Positions 1 through 8,842 of a DNA stretch of 64,000 bases are shown piece after piece. Position numbers and translations under genes: made by a program. The notes under the pieces were generated by a model. It had not been told where the DNA came from. It saw only the letters and a program-made list of their open reading frames with translations, and did not search any database. The DNA is from an uncultured Anaerolineae bacterium (GTDB taxonomy: Bacteria; Chloroflexota; Anaerolineae; Fen-1058), in contig CAYNML010000003.1 of the NCBI GenBank assembly GCA_964398185.1, positions 16,303 through 80,302 of the forward strand, given 5' to 3'. Every line of letters starts with the position of its first letter. Position 1 is the stretch's first letter.

Positions 1-45
1 ATTCCCGCCGTTACGCCTTACGTTTTACGCCTTACGTTTTAGTCT
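1..45. repeat. partial arm of an iterated-word palindrome (TTACGCCTTACGTTTTACGCCTTACG), same word family as the element at 8763-8830
   Basis: It nearly matches the right arm TTACGCATTACGTTTTACGCATTACG at 8800-8827. The window starts inside it. It may instead be coding, because frame 0 is open through it. Confidence 0.4.
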
Positions 46-95
46 TCGTACCTGCTCTGCTGATCGGCGCAGTCTGGTGGCTGCGCAACCTCAGC

Positions 96-698
96 GTGTA
101 TGGCGGCTTCGATGTGCTGGGCTTGGCGCGGCACAATGCCATCGTCGTCGGGCAGCCGACGACCGCGCAGTGGCTGATCGATTACGGCGCAAGTGGTCTC
201 TTGCAGCGCTTCTTTACCACCACCTATCGATCGTTCTGGGGGCAGTTCGGTTGGATGTCCACGCCTCTGCCCGATCGAGATTACCTGCTGCTTGGCGGGT
301 TGAGCATCGTCGCGTTGATCGGTTGGGTGTGGTGGCTGGCTGCAAAAAGAAAGTCGCCGAAGTCAACACAACAACCGTATGGTGGTTTACTGCTGTCATT
401 GTTGTTTGTGCTCACCGTCGGTGGTTATCTGTACTACAACGTGACCTTTGTGCAGCATCAGGGACGTTATCTCTTTCCGGCGCTGATCCCGATCGGGCTG
501 GCGTTCGCGATCGGGTGGTGGCAGGTGCTGGATAAGATCAAGAGCCTGATGGCGCGACCACTCGCGCGATCAACACGCGACTGGACGCCGTGGCTCGATC
601 AGGCGCAGTTGATCATCTTCGCTTTGATCTTCATTTACCTGGCGCGGCTCGATCTCGTCGCTTTGCAGCGTTACATTGTCCCATCTCTGTCGCCGTGA
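96..698 (+). CDS. polytopic membrane protein resembling the C-terminal TM region of a GT-C glycosyltransferase; it may be a 5'-partial gene continuing upstream of the window (frame open to position 1)
   Basis: GTG start at 96 with no SD. The translation is hydrophobic and W/F/L-rich. Its stop TGA (696-698) overlaps the ATG of the downstream GT39 gene (ATGA coupling). Confidence 0.5.
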   Translation: MYGGFDVLGLARHNAIVVGQPTTAQWLIDYGASGLLQRFFTTTYRSFWGQFGWMSTPLPDRDYLLLGGLSIVALIGWVWWLAAKRKSPKSTQQPYGGLLLSLLFVLTVGGYLYYNVTFVQHQGRYLFPALIPIGLAFAIGWWQVLDKIKSLMARPLARSTRDWTPWLDQAQLIIFALIFIYLARLDLVALQRYIVPSLSP

Positions 699-2659
699 TG
701 CGCTCCTTCCCTCATTCTCTCCGCCTCAAGATGAAACGCTGGCTCCCCATTCTTCTCATACTGTTTCTGGCCGCGCTGCTGCGCCTCGTGGCGCTGCCCG
801 GTGTGCCGCCCGGCCTGCAGCACGACGAGGTCTTTCACGGCCACGATGCGGTGACAGTGCTGCTGGGCTACCGCCCGCTGTACTTCACCTCGAACGCGGG
901 TAACGAGCCGCTCTTCATTTACCTGATGTCGCTGACGGTGGGCGTGTTCGGGCACAATGCGTGGGGCATCCGTTTGGCCGCCGTGATCTGCGGCTTGCTC
1001 ACCGTGCTCTTCACGTATCTGTGGATTCGACGCGCTTATAACGATCGTGCAGCGTTGATCGCCTCGGCGTTGCTGGCCGTGAGTTTCTGGCCGATCTTCC
1101 TGAGCCGCGTGGGACTGCGCGCCGCTTCTGTGCCGCTGATGGCGGCGCTCTCGGCATGGTTGTTGTTTGAAGCATTGCAGCGCCAGCAGCGACGCTGGTT
1201 TGTGCTGGCGGGCATTGCGCTGGGCGTGGCGCTGTACACCTATCCCGCCGCGCGCACGCTGCCCATCGTTTACGTTTTATTCTTTACGTTTTACTCTTTG
1301 CTGATTCGAAAACTGGATCGTTCACTCCTCATCACACTCGTGACCGCGCTCATCGTCGTGACGCCGCTGGCATACACCATCACCACGCTGCCGGAAGCCG
1401 ATGTGCGGTTGCAGCAGCTCGGCGGACCGGTGCAGGAGGCGCTCACCGGCAACGTTGAGCCAGTGCTGCGTTACACCGTGGCAACCCTGGGCATGTTCAA
1501 CGTCGCGGGCGATCCGATCGCGCGTTATAACCTGCCGGGGCGACCAGTTTTTGATCTGATCACAGGGATTTTGTTTCTACTCGGATTGCTGATCGCCCTT
1601 CGCCGTTGGCGCGAACCGCGCAACTTCTTCGCGTTGATCTGGCTCCCGATCGGTTTGCTGCCCTCGATGCTCAGCGATTCCGCGCCGTCGTTCCTGCGCG
1701 CCAGCGCCTCATTGCCGGTGGCGTTTTTGTTCCCGGCGCTGGCGCTTGATTGGCTGTTGGCGCGCATCACGCAAAGGCGCAGTCAGCTGATCGGTTATGC
1801 GCTGATCGGCGGTTTGATCGTTTTCACGGGGGCGCTGACCGTCCGCGATTACTTCTTTGTGTGGCCTAATCGATCGGATGTGCGCGAGGTCTATCGTTCT
1901 GATTTGATGGAAGCCGCGCAATGGATCGAAACACAGGCCAGCGCGCAACCGATCGTGGTGGCGGCCACCAATCCGCGCGATCTCGATCCGTTCCTGTTCG
2001 ATTTTCAGCTGACGGGTGATCGGGAAATCAAGTGGATCGATCGGGCGTTTGCCGTGGTCTTTCCCAATCAGCCAGCGAAATTGATCTCGCCCGCCTATTC
2101 GCCAATCGATCCGCAGCTGCGCGATCGGTTTTTGGGACAGCCGTCGTTCGTGGCAAAGTCCGCAGACGGATCGATCGCGTTTGAGGTGTACGATCTCGCG
2201 CCGTACACGCCATCGCCCGCGAACACTACTGCGACAACCGATCGCGCAGGTGAACTGACCGTGCCGATCGATGTGAATCACACACTGGAGTTTCTAGGCT
2301 ACGACGCGCCGTCGCGCACGCAGCCTGGCGAGGTGCTGCCGTTGACGTTGTACTGGCGCGTGAAGCAGGATGTCGCCGCACAGCAATTGCCATTGTCGCT
2401 GTTCGTGCATCTGCTTAACGAACAAGGCGAATTCGTTGCCGGGCGCGATCTGCTGGCCTTTCCCACGGCCGGCTGGCGCGACGGCGATGTGTGGCTTCAG
2501 CAAAATGATGTGCCGCTGCCCGCCGATTTGAAAGCGGGCGCCTATCGCCTGGAAATTGGCGCGTATTCGCAAGCCGACGGATCGCGCTGGCGCGTGGTCG
2601 ATGCGCAGGGGAACGATGCGGGAGATCGGCTGTTGCTGAATGAGATGGAAGTCAAATGA
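698..2659 (+). CDS. glycosyltransferase family 39 (PMT/ArnT-like, PMT_2) membrane protein with a C-terminal soluble domain
   Basis: The N-terminal TM bundle carries the first-loop DE motif (LQHDEVFHG) and PLYFTSNAGNEPLFIYLMSL, typical of GT39/ArnT-like enzymes. The C-terminal ~120 aa (LEFLGYD...FVHLLN...GAYRLEIGAY) is shared with the genes at 24891 and 34419. The longer ORF from 590 was rejected in favour of the ATG at 698 coupled to the upstream stop. Confidence 0.8.
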   Translation: MRSFPHSLRLKMKRWLPILLILFLAALLRLVALPGVPPGLQHDEVFHGHDAVTVLLGYRPLYFTSNAGNEPLFIYLMSLTVGVFGHNAWGIRLAAVICGLLTVLFTYLWIRRAYNDRAALIASALLAVSFWPIFLSRVGLRAASVPLMAALSAWLLFEALQRQQRRWFVLAGIALGVALYTYPAARTLPIVYVLFFTFYSLLIRKLDRSLLITLVTALIVVTPLAYTITTLPEADVRLQQLGGPVQEALTGNVEPVLRYTVATLGMFNVAGDPIARYNLPGRPVFDLITGILFLLGLLIALRRWREPRNFFALIWLPIGLLPSMLSDSAPSFLRASASLPVAFLFPALALDWLLARITQRRSQLIGYALIGGLIVFTGALTVRDYFFVWPNRSDVREVYRSDLMEAAQWIETQASAQPIVVAATNPRDLDPFLFDFQLTGDREIKWIDRAFAVVFPNQPAKLISPAYSPIDPQLRDRFLGQPSFVAKSADGSIAFEVYDLAPYTPSPANTTATTDRAGELTVPIDVNHTLEFLGYDAPSRTQPGEVLPLTLYWRVKQDVAAQQLPLSLFVHLLNEQGEFVAGRDLLAFPTAGWRDGDVWLQQNDVPLPADLKAGAYRLEIGAYSQADGSRWRVVDAQGNDAGDRLLLNEMEVK

Positions 2660-2690
2660 GGCAAGCCGGCGATGCAGCAGATTGACAACA

Positions 2691-2724
2691 GATAAACGGT
2701 TGCTCCATCAGGCATCCGTTTATC
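2691..2724. terminator. hairpin GATAAACGG-N16-CCGTTTATC between convergent genes (no U-tract)
   Basis: 9-bp perfect inverted repeat, 31 nt after the stop of the GT39 gene and 86 nt after the stop of the minus-strand gene ending at 2810. Confidence 0.45.
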
Positions 2725-2809
2725 CGCTGACGATTCGTTGCCTCGATCCCCTTGAAACACTTAGCGGGCCTTTTCGTAACATGGCCACGGGATGATCGGG
2801 AATGACGGC

Positions 2810-3376
2810 CTACTTCCGCGCAAATATTTTCGCCACTATGCCGACAATCACATACAACAACCCCAGCCCAATCAACCCGAACTTGATCGTCGCGCAGATC
2901 TGCGCAATCTGCGGATAAGGCGCGACATTGTTGCCGAGCAGTACAGTGAACAACGCTAGGTTCTCGATCGCGTCAAAGATGGCCGCAAGCCACAAGCCCC
3001 ACGCCAGCAGCACGCCGCTGCTGTGCCACGTCTTGTGCCGCAGCGCAGTGGCCGCCAGGAGGCACGCCAAAGCGATCGTGGTGGAGTACACCGGCATGTA
3101 CAGATAATCGAAGCCGAGGCTGAACCCCGCGCGGATGCGATCGGTGTCAGTCCACGCGTCGATGATCGCCTGCGCGTTGTCCACGCTGCCCGCCAGTTCG
3201 AAATCGACGATGGTGGGCGTCCCACCTTCGGTGGGCGTCCCACCTTCGGTGGGCTGCGCCGGGCCGATGAAGCGGAACGCGAACGTGATCAGCAGCGTGG
3301 CGACGAGCAGTGGTACAAACACGCGCACGCGCTGGTCTGACGGAAGGGCGTTGAGCGGATGAGTGAGTCGGGTCAT
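2810..3376 (-). CDS. hypothetical small membrane protein with a tandem PTEGGT repeat
   Basis: Hydrophobic ORF. The ATG at 3376 overlaps the TGA stop of the upstream radical SAM gene (ATGA), so the two are translationally coupled. The longer ORF to 3397 was rejected. Confidence 0.55.
   Translation of the reverse strand: MTRLTHPLNALPSDQRVRVFVPLLVATLLITFAFRFIGPAQPTEGGTPTEGGTPTIVDFELAGSVDNAQAIIDAWTDTDRIRAGFSLGFDYLYMPVYSTTIALACLLAATALRHKTWHSSGVLLAWGLWLAAIFDAIENLALFTVLLGNNVAPYPQIAQICATIKFGLIGLGLLYVIVGIVAKIFARK
3213..3254. repeat. 2.3 copies of the 18-nt direct repeat GTGGGCGTCCCACCTTCG inside the CDS (encodes PTEGGTPTEGGT)
   Basis: direct inspection; each unit is itself internally palindromic (GGTGGG..CCCACC). 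Confidence 0.7.
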
Positions 3377-4860
3377 GATTGGACGTGATGTTCGCACACC
3401 GTGCGGAAGTGATAGCCGTAAATCGCCAGCGTGACCGCCATCGTGATCAGCTTGGGCCGATGAAACAGCGTCCAGAAGAATAACTTCCAGTATTGCACCC
3501 GCTCGCGGCCGATGATGCCCAGGCGCACGATCGAGCGGAAGAAAGCCATCAATTGCTGGAAGTTCGGCGCAGCGCGCACGACTTGCGTCGGCTGATATTC
3601 CTGCAAGAAGGTCTTGACGCGCTGATAATAGTGGCGCGGCGTGTAGAGGTGCTGCAGGATGTGTTGATAACCTGCGCGCAGCGTTTCCAGATTCATGCGC
3701 GGAATGATGTTGGTGGTACCGTCCACGTTGTCGCCCGACGATTGTTCGTTGAGACGGCCTTCGCCCTTCAAGCGCTCGTAGAGGCCCGTGCCGGGCGGCG
3801 CTTGCAGCAGGCCCACCATCGCCGTGACGATGCCGCTCTTCTGAATGAAATCGATCTGCCGCTGGAAGATGGACGGCGTATCGCTGTCAAAGCCGACGAT
3901 GAACCCGGCCTGCACCTGGATGCCCGCGCGCTGAATGCGCTTCACGTCTTCCACCAGATCGCGCTTGAGGTTCTGCTTCTTGCTGCATTCGGCCAGGCCC
4001 GATTCGTCGGGCGTTTCGATGCCGATGAAGACCACGGTGAACCCGGCGGCCGCCATCAGCTGCAATAGCTCGTCGTCGTCGGCCATGTTGATCGAGGCCT
4101 CGGTCTGGAACGTAATGCCGAGTTTGTCTTTGCGCCATTCGATCAGCGCGGGCAGCAGCTCGGTCTTGAGCAGGCGCTTGTTGCCGATGAGGTTGTCGTC
4201 GACGAACAGGACACTGCTGCGCCAGCCCAGTTCGTACATCCGATCGAGCTCGGCGATGATCTGCGCCACGCGCTTGGTGCGCGGGCGATGGCCCAGCAGC
4301 GCCGTCACATTGCAGAAGTCGCAATTGAAGGGGCAGCCGCGCGAGAACTGGAGGCTCAACAGGGCGTACCGCTTGAGGTCAGCCAGTTCCCACAGCGGGA
4401 TGGGCGTCTGATCCATGTCGGCGAAGTCGGCGGTGGTGTAGGTGTGCTGCGCGCAGCCCTGCGCCAGATCGTTGAGAAAAGCGGGCAGCGTCAACTCGCC
4501 TTCATTTAAGATGAAGTGATCGACGACGTCTTCATACAGCTCCGGCTGCAGGGTGAAGAGCGGCCCGCCCGCCACGACCTTCACGCCCGCGGCGTGGCAG
4601 CGCTCGAGCACTTCCCGCGCCGATTGGCGCTGCACGGCCATGCCGCTGATGAACACGTAGTCGGCCCACGCTAAATCTTCATCACGCAGTTGGCGCGTGT
4701 TAAGATCGACCAGGCGCTTGTTCCACTCCGCGGGCAGCATCGCCGCGACGGTCAACAGGCCCAGCGGCGGCGCGATCGATTTCTTGCGGATGAACTTGAG
4801 GGCATAGCGAAAACTCCAGAAGGTGTCGGGGAACTCGGGATAGATCAACAGGATGTTCAT
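3373..4860 (-). CDS. B12-binding domain-containing radical SAM protein (class B, DUF4070-type C-terminus)
   Basis: N-terminal B12-binding-like region (ILLIYPEFPDTFWSF...PPLGLLTVAA), CxxxCxxC cluster motif (SRGCPFNCDFCNV) and a long C-terminal extension. Confidence 0.85.
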   Translation of the reverse strand: MNILLIYPEFPDTFWSFRYALKFIRKKSIAPPLGLLTVAAMLPAEWNKRLVDLNTRQLRDEDLAWADYVFISGMAVQRQSAREVLERCHAAGVKVVAGGPLFTLQPELYEDVVDHFILNEGELTLPAFLNDLAQGCAQHTYTTADFADMDQTPIPLWELADLKRYALLSLQFSRGCPFNCDFCNVTALLGHRPRTKRVAQIIAELDRMYELGWRSSVLFVDDNLIGNKRLLKTELLPALIEWRKDKLGITFQTEASINMADDDELLQLMAAAGFTVVFIGIETPDESGLAECSKKQNLKRDLVEDVKRIQRAGIQVQAGFIVGFDSDTPSIFQRQIDFIQKSGIVTAMVGLLQAPPGTGLYERLKGEGRLNEQSSGDNVDGTTNIIPRMNLETLRAGYQHILQHLYTPRHYYQRVKTFLQEYQPTQVVRAAPNFQQLMAFFRSIVRLGIIGRERVQYWKLFFWTLFHRPKLITMAVTLAIYGYHFRTVCEHHVQS

Positions 4861-4967
4861 GGCGCTTGCTCCGTTCTGAGATGCTCACGGCGGCTAAGAT
4901 CGCGGCCAACGGTCGGCTGGCAGATTGATCGGTTCGACAACGCGCGGGTGGGGTTGAGCGCAACGTT

Positions 4968-4976
4968 TGGTATTAT
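4968..4976 (+). promoter_or_regulatory. candidate extended -10 element TGgTATTAT upstream of the PHP phosphatase gene
   Basis: sequence match only; lies in the divergent intergenic region 4861-5045. Confidence 0.3.
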
Positions 4977-5045
4977 ACTTGCATTCCAAGACAACGTCAG
5001 TCGATATGTGGGCCACCGCCGCCCGCGTCAGAAAGAGTCGAATTC

Positions 5046-5840
5046 ATGTATCCACACGATTATCATCTGCATTCCAATTTTTCGTGCGATTGCCAGGCGT
5101 CGATCGTCGAGCAGTGCCTCGGCGCGATCCGGCAGGGTTTGCCGGAAATCGGCGTGACCGATCATTTCGATCTGCACCCCGGCGATGAGTGCGCCGGTTT
5201 CTTCCGCCCGATCGAATGGGCCGCCGAACTCGATCGAGCCCGCCGCGAATTCGAGGGACGCCTCATCGTCCGCGCCGGGATCGAACTGGGCGAGCCGCAC
5301 ATCTATCAAGCCGAGTGTCAGGCTGTGCTCGCCAGTTACCCGTTCGACTACGCGCTGGGATCGCTGCACTGGGTGGGTGATGAGATCATTTTCGATCCGC
5401 ATTACTTCCGCCGCTCGCCGGATGAAGCCTACGGCCTGTTCTTCGAGGAACTGGAGCGCATGACGCGCGTGGGCGGCTTCGATGTGCTAAGTCACTTCGA
5501 TGTGGTCGTGCGCGTAGGAGCGCCGCACTACGGCGGGTACGATCCGCGCCGCTACGAAGAGGTGATCCGCGCGGTGCTGCAGAACTGCATCGAGCGCGGC
5601 ATCGCGCTGGACCTCAATACGCAGGGCCTGCGCAATCGCTGCCAGCTGCTGACGCCGGGCGTGGAGATCTTGACGTGGTATCGTGAGCTGGGCGGCGAGC
5701 GTGTCACGCTTGGCTCGGACGCGCATTCGCCGGACGTCATCGCCGCGAATTTCGATCTGGCGATCGAGGCGTTGCAGGCTGCCGGATTGAAGTACGTGAC
5801 GCAGTTTGAGCAGAGAACGGCGAGACTGCTAGCGATATAG
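5046..5840 (+). CDS. histidinol-phosphatase, PHP family (HisJ/HisK type)
   Basis: PHP metal-binding motifs (YHLHSNFSCD, GVTDHFD, ...GSDAHS) in a 264-aa product. Confidence 0.65.
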   Translation: MYPHDYHLHSNFSCDCQASIVEQCLGAIRQGLPEIGVTDHFDLHPGDECAGFFRPIEWAAELDRARREFEGRLIVRAGIELGEPHIYQAECQAVLASYPFDYALGSLHWVGDEIIFDPHYFRRSPDEAYGLFFEELERMTRVGGFDVLSHFDVVVRVGAPHYGGYDPRRYEEVIRAVLQNCIERGIALDLNTQGLRNRCQLLTPGVEILTWYRELGGERVTLGSDAHSPDVIAANFDLAIEALQAAGLKYVTQFEQRTARLLAI

Positions 5841-5841
5841 G

Positions 5842-6639
5842 CTATTCTTCATCCGCCACCGGCAAGCGCAGCGTGAGCTGTGTATATGCCCCGGCCGCGG
5901 CTAGCAGATACCCCGCTAAGTAAGCCATATCTGACACCACGCTGAGGAGATTAGCGCCGGTGGCATAAGTGCCGCTCCAGGTGCCGTACGAGAAAGCCAG
6001 CCCCCCGACCGCAAACATCAGAATGCTGCTGACCAGGTAGACCCAGGGCCGCGCCACCAACCCGCCGCCCAGGTACACCAGCGACAACACGGCGAGGAAA
6101 GCCACGCCCAGGTTGCCGATGAGGTAATACGCGCCGATGAGGAGCTGCATGATGACAACCTCGCCCGGATGGGAGAGGATGTACTCCAGGGACAACAGCA
6201 GCACGCTGAACAATATACCAAGGTAGGCTGCCAGTATCAGCAGCTTCTGGCGCCGGCTGAGCTGAACGTGCAGCGCGCGATAATGCAGCACCAGGCTCGC
6301 CAGCATCGGCAGAAAGCCAATGCCCCATGAAACATCGACGACGGAGGGATACGGCTGCGGCTGGCGCAGCACGTGATAGACGATCCAGAGCGACTCGGAG
6401 AATGTCAGCACCATCAGCCCCGCGCTTAACAGCAGCCAGACGTAGCGCGAGCTTGCGCCCGGCTCAAATGTCCGGGCGGCTTTCAGCGTCAAGAGTGACG
6501 CCAGCAAGGCCGAGGCGGCAAAAGCAACATGCGTTAGATAAAGCAGGACCTCACTGCCGCCGGGCTGCCAGATGGTCCAGGCGAGGTACACTGCCAATAG
6601 GCCGATAATTGCGGCCGGAATAAGCCGGTCCCTTTTCAT
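5842..6639 (-). CDS. hypothetical polytopic membrane protein
   Basis: multi-TM hydrophobic ORF; ATG at 6639 with GGGGAGA SD preferred over TTG at 6660. Confidence 0.5.
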   Translation of the reverse strand: MKRDRLIPAAIIGLLAVYLAWTIWQPGGSEVLLYLTHVAFAASALLASLLTLKAARTFEPGASSRYVWLLLSAGLMVLTFSESLWIVYHVLRQPQPYPSVVDVSWGIGFLPMLASLVLHYRALHVQLSRRQKLLILAAYLGILFSVLLLSLEYILSHPGEVVIMQLLIGAYYLIGNLGVAFLAVLSLVYLGGGLVARPWVYLVSSILMFAVGGLAFSYGTWSGTYATGANLLSVVSDMAYLAGYLLAAAGAYTQLTLRLPVADEE

Positions 6640-6667
6640 GCGCGCGTATCTCCCCACCAATTATAAT

Positions 6668-7087
6668 TCATGCGGCGCCAATAATCCGATACTGGGAATT
6701 AATCCGGGCCAGATCAGGCGGCAGATTTGTCAGCGTGGCGGCTAACGTCGCTTTCAACAGCGGCTCACCCAGAATCTGGCGGGCCAACTTCTGCGCGTAC
6801 TGCGCGTACGCCAGATAGACGGACGCCAATACCCTGGCATCGACGTCCGGGATGCGGCGCCGCAGCTCGCTTAGGTCAGCCAACCCGGTCAGCACACTCC
6901 AGCCGTGCTGCCGCGCATGCAGATTGAGTTGCTGCGCAAACTGATCGGCCAACGGTCGACCGCCCGTGCGCGCGATTGCTTCCATGAGCCGGGTGATGAA
7001 CAGCGTGAACAATAGACTCAACTCGGCGCACAACAGCTCGTTGGCGCCGGCTGAATCAGCAGGCTCATTTATGGATGAGGATACCAT
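6668..7087 (-). CDS. hypothetical protein
   Basis: 139-aa ORF with plausible codon usage, no recognisable domain. Confidence 0.4.
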   Translation of the reverse strand: MVSSSINEPADSAGANELLCAELSLLFTLFITRLMEAIARTGGRPLADQFAQQLNLHARQHGWSVLTGLADLSELRRRIPDVDARVLASVYLAYAQYAQKLARQILGEPLLKATLAATLTNLPPDLARINSQYRIIGAA

Positions 7088-7205
7088 ATCGATATTATAG
7101 ATAGGTCAGGTTGGCTGACGGTTGAAAACACCGCTGTCAACCGCCGATCTTTCCCCGTTCCCCTCTGTGCCAGGCCTCGGCCAAATTTGATGTACAATTC
7201 GCGGC

Positions 7206-8783
7206 ATGAAACTCAGCCAGCTGGTCGCGGCTTTGCCTTCGCTGGACACGCTGCCGCACATCGATCCCGACATCACGCTCATCACCACCGATTCGCGCCA
7301 GGTCATCCCCGGCGCGCTGTTCGTCGCCTATCCCGGCGTCGCGGTCGATGGGCATCGCTTCATCGCGGACGCGCTGCAGCGCGGGGCGGCTGCCATTGTC
7401 GGTGAACGTGAATTTGCCGAGGTCAATCAGCACTCAACCCTCACCCTTCAACAATATCTGCGGGTGCGTGATGGCCGCGAGGCCTTCGCCTGGCTTAACG
7501 CCGCGTGGTACGGCTTCCCGGCGCGCCGGTTGATCATGATTGGCGTGACAGGCACCGACGGCAAAACGACCACGAGCAATCTCATTCATTCCATTTTAAC
7601 GACAGCCGGTATCAAAGCGGGCTTGATCAGCACCGTCAACGCCGTCATCGGCGAGCGCGTATTGGACACCGGCCTGCACACCACGACGCCCGATGCCAAC
7701 GACGTGCAGCGCTACCTCGCAGAGATGGTGGCCGCGGGCATGACTCACTGCGTGCTGGAGACCACTTCGCACGGTCTGGCGCAGCAGCGCGTCACCGGCT
7801 GCGAGTTCGACCTGGCCGTCGTCACCAACATCACCCACGAACACCTCGACGTACACGGCTCGCTGGCAGCATATCGCGCGGCGAAAGGGCTGTTGTTCAC
7901 CTCGCTGGCCGCTTCACACGACAAGGGCCTGCGCAAGGCCGCCATCCTTAACAACGACGACTCGTCCAATGTTTATCTGCGCGATTGGATTGAGCGATCA
8001 GCGCAGGGCGCCTGCCGTCCGGAAATCATTACCTATGCGATCAAGCAGCCCGCGCACTGGAATGCCTTCGACATCGATTATCGCGCTGATGCGATCCACT
8101 TCACGGCGATCGGCGCCGGCCGCTCGATCGAGATCGCCACGCCGCTGGTGGGCGAATACAATGTCTCGAATTGTCTTGCCGCCATCGCCGCTGCGGTTGA
8201 TGGCCTCGGCGTTGATCCACAGGCCGCCCGATCGGGGATCGCAGCCCTCAAAGGCATTCCCGGCCGCATGGAGCGTCTCGACGAGGGCCAGAACTTCACC
8301 GCGCTTGTCGATTTCGCGCACACGCCCAACGCCCTCGATCGCGCCATCGCCGCCGCGCGCACCATGACCGACGGGCAGGTGATCGTCGCCTTTGGGTGCG
8401 CGGGCCTGCGCGATCGCGAGAAGCGCACCTTGATGGGCGAAGTGGCCGGTCGGGCTGCCGATAAAATCATCGTGACCGCCGAAGACCCGCGCACCGAATC
8501 GCTGGACGCGATCATGGCCGTCACCGCGCAGGCCCTGATCGCGCAGGGGCGCGTGGAAGGCGTCGATTTCTGGCGCGTGCCCGACCGGGGTGAAGCGCTG
8601 GCCTTTGCCTGCTCGCTCGCCAAAGCGGGCGATGTGGTCGTGGCTTGCGGCAAAGGCCACGAGCAGTCCATGTGTTTTGGCGACATTGAATATCCGTGGG
8701 ATGATCGGGAAGCGATGCGCGCCGCGCTGCGGGGACAACCCTTAAAGACTCTACCAACGGCCAACGTAAAGCGTAAGGCGTAA
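7206..8783 (+). CDS. murE: UDP-N-acetylmuramoyl-L-alanyl-D-glutamate--2,6-diaminopimelate ligase
   Basis: Mur ligase motifs (GVTGTDGKTTT, DLAVVTNITHEHLD, C-terminal domain). A TACAAT -10-like hexamer ends 8 nt before the ATG, so the mRNA may be leaderless. Confidence 0.9.
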   Translation: MKLSQLVAALPSLDTLPHIDPDITLITTDSRQVIPGALFVAYPGVAVDGHRFIADALQRGAAAIVGEREFAEVNQHSTLTLQQYLRVRDGREAFAWLNAAWYGFPARRLIMIGVTGTDGKTTTSNLIHSILTTAGIKAGLISTVNAVIGERVLDTGLHTTTPDANDVQRYLAEMVAAGMTHCVLETTSHGLAQQRVTGCEFDLAVVTNITHEHLDVHGSLAAYRAAKGLLFTSLAASHDKGLRKAAILNNDDSSNVYLRDWIERSAQGACRPEIITYAIKQPAHWNAFDIDYRADAIHFTAIGAGRSIEIATPLVGEYNVSNCLAAIAAAVDGLGVDPQAARSGIAALKGIPGRMERLDEGQNFTALVDFAHTPNALDRAIAAARTMTDGQVIVAFGCAGLRDREKRTLMGEVAGRAADKIIVTAEDPRTESLDAIMAVTAQALIAQGRVEGVDFWRVPDRGEALAFACSLAKAGDVVVACGKGHEQSMCFGDIEYPWDDREAMRAALRGQPLKTLPTANVKRKA

Positions 8784-8830
8784 AACGTAACAGGCCCATT
8801 ACGCATTACGTTTTACGCATTACGCATCAT
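8763..8830. repeat. iterated-word palindrome (AACGTAAAGCGTAAGGCGTAAAACGTAA / TTACGCATTACGTTTTACGCATTACGC) spanning the murE stop and the murE-GT2 spacer
   Basis: The left arm encodes the last codons of murE (KRKA*) and places TAA in all three frames. The right arm is the inverted complement. GC is low relative to the genome. Confidence 0.7.
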
Positions 8831-8842
8831 TTTTCACTCATC

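Noticed and set aside
590-697. Upstream extension of the first GT39 gene
   Set aside because: The ATG at 698 overlaps the stop of the preceding ORF (ATGA) and starts directly at the signal-anchor region. The extension is Arg-rich.
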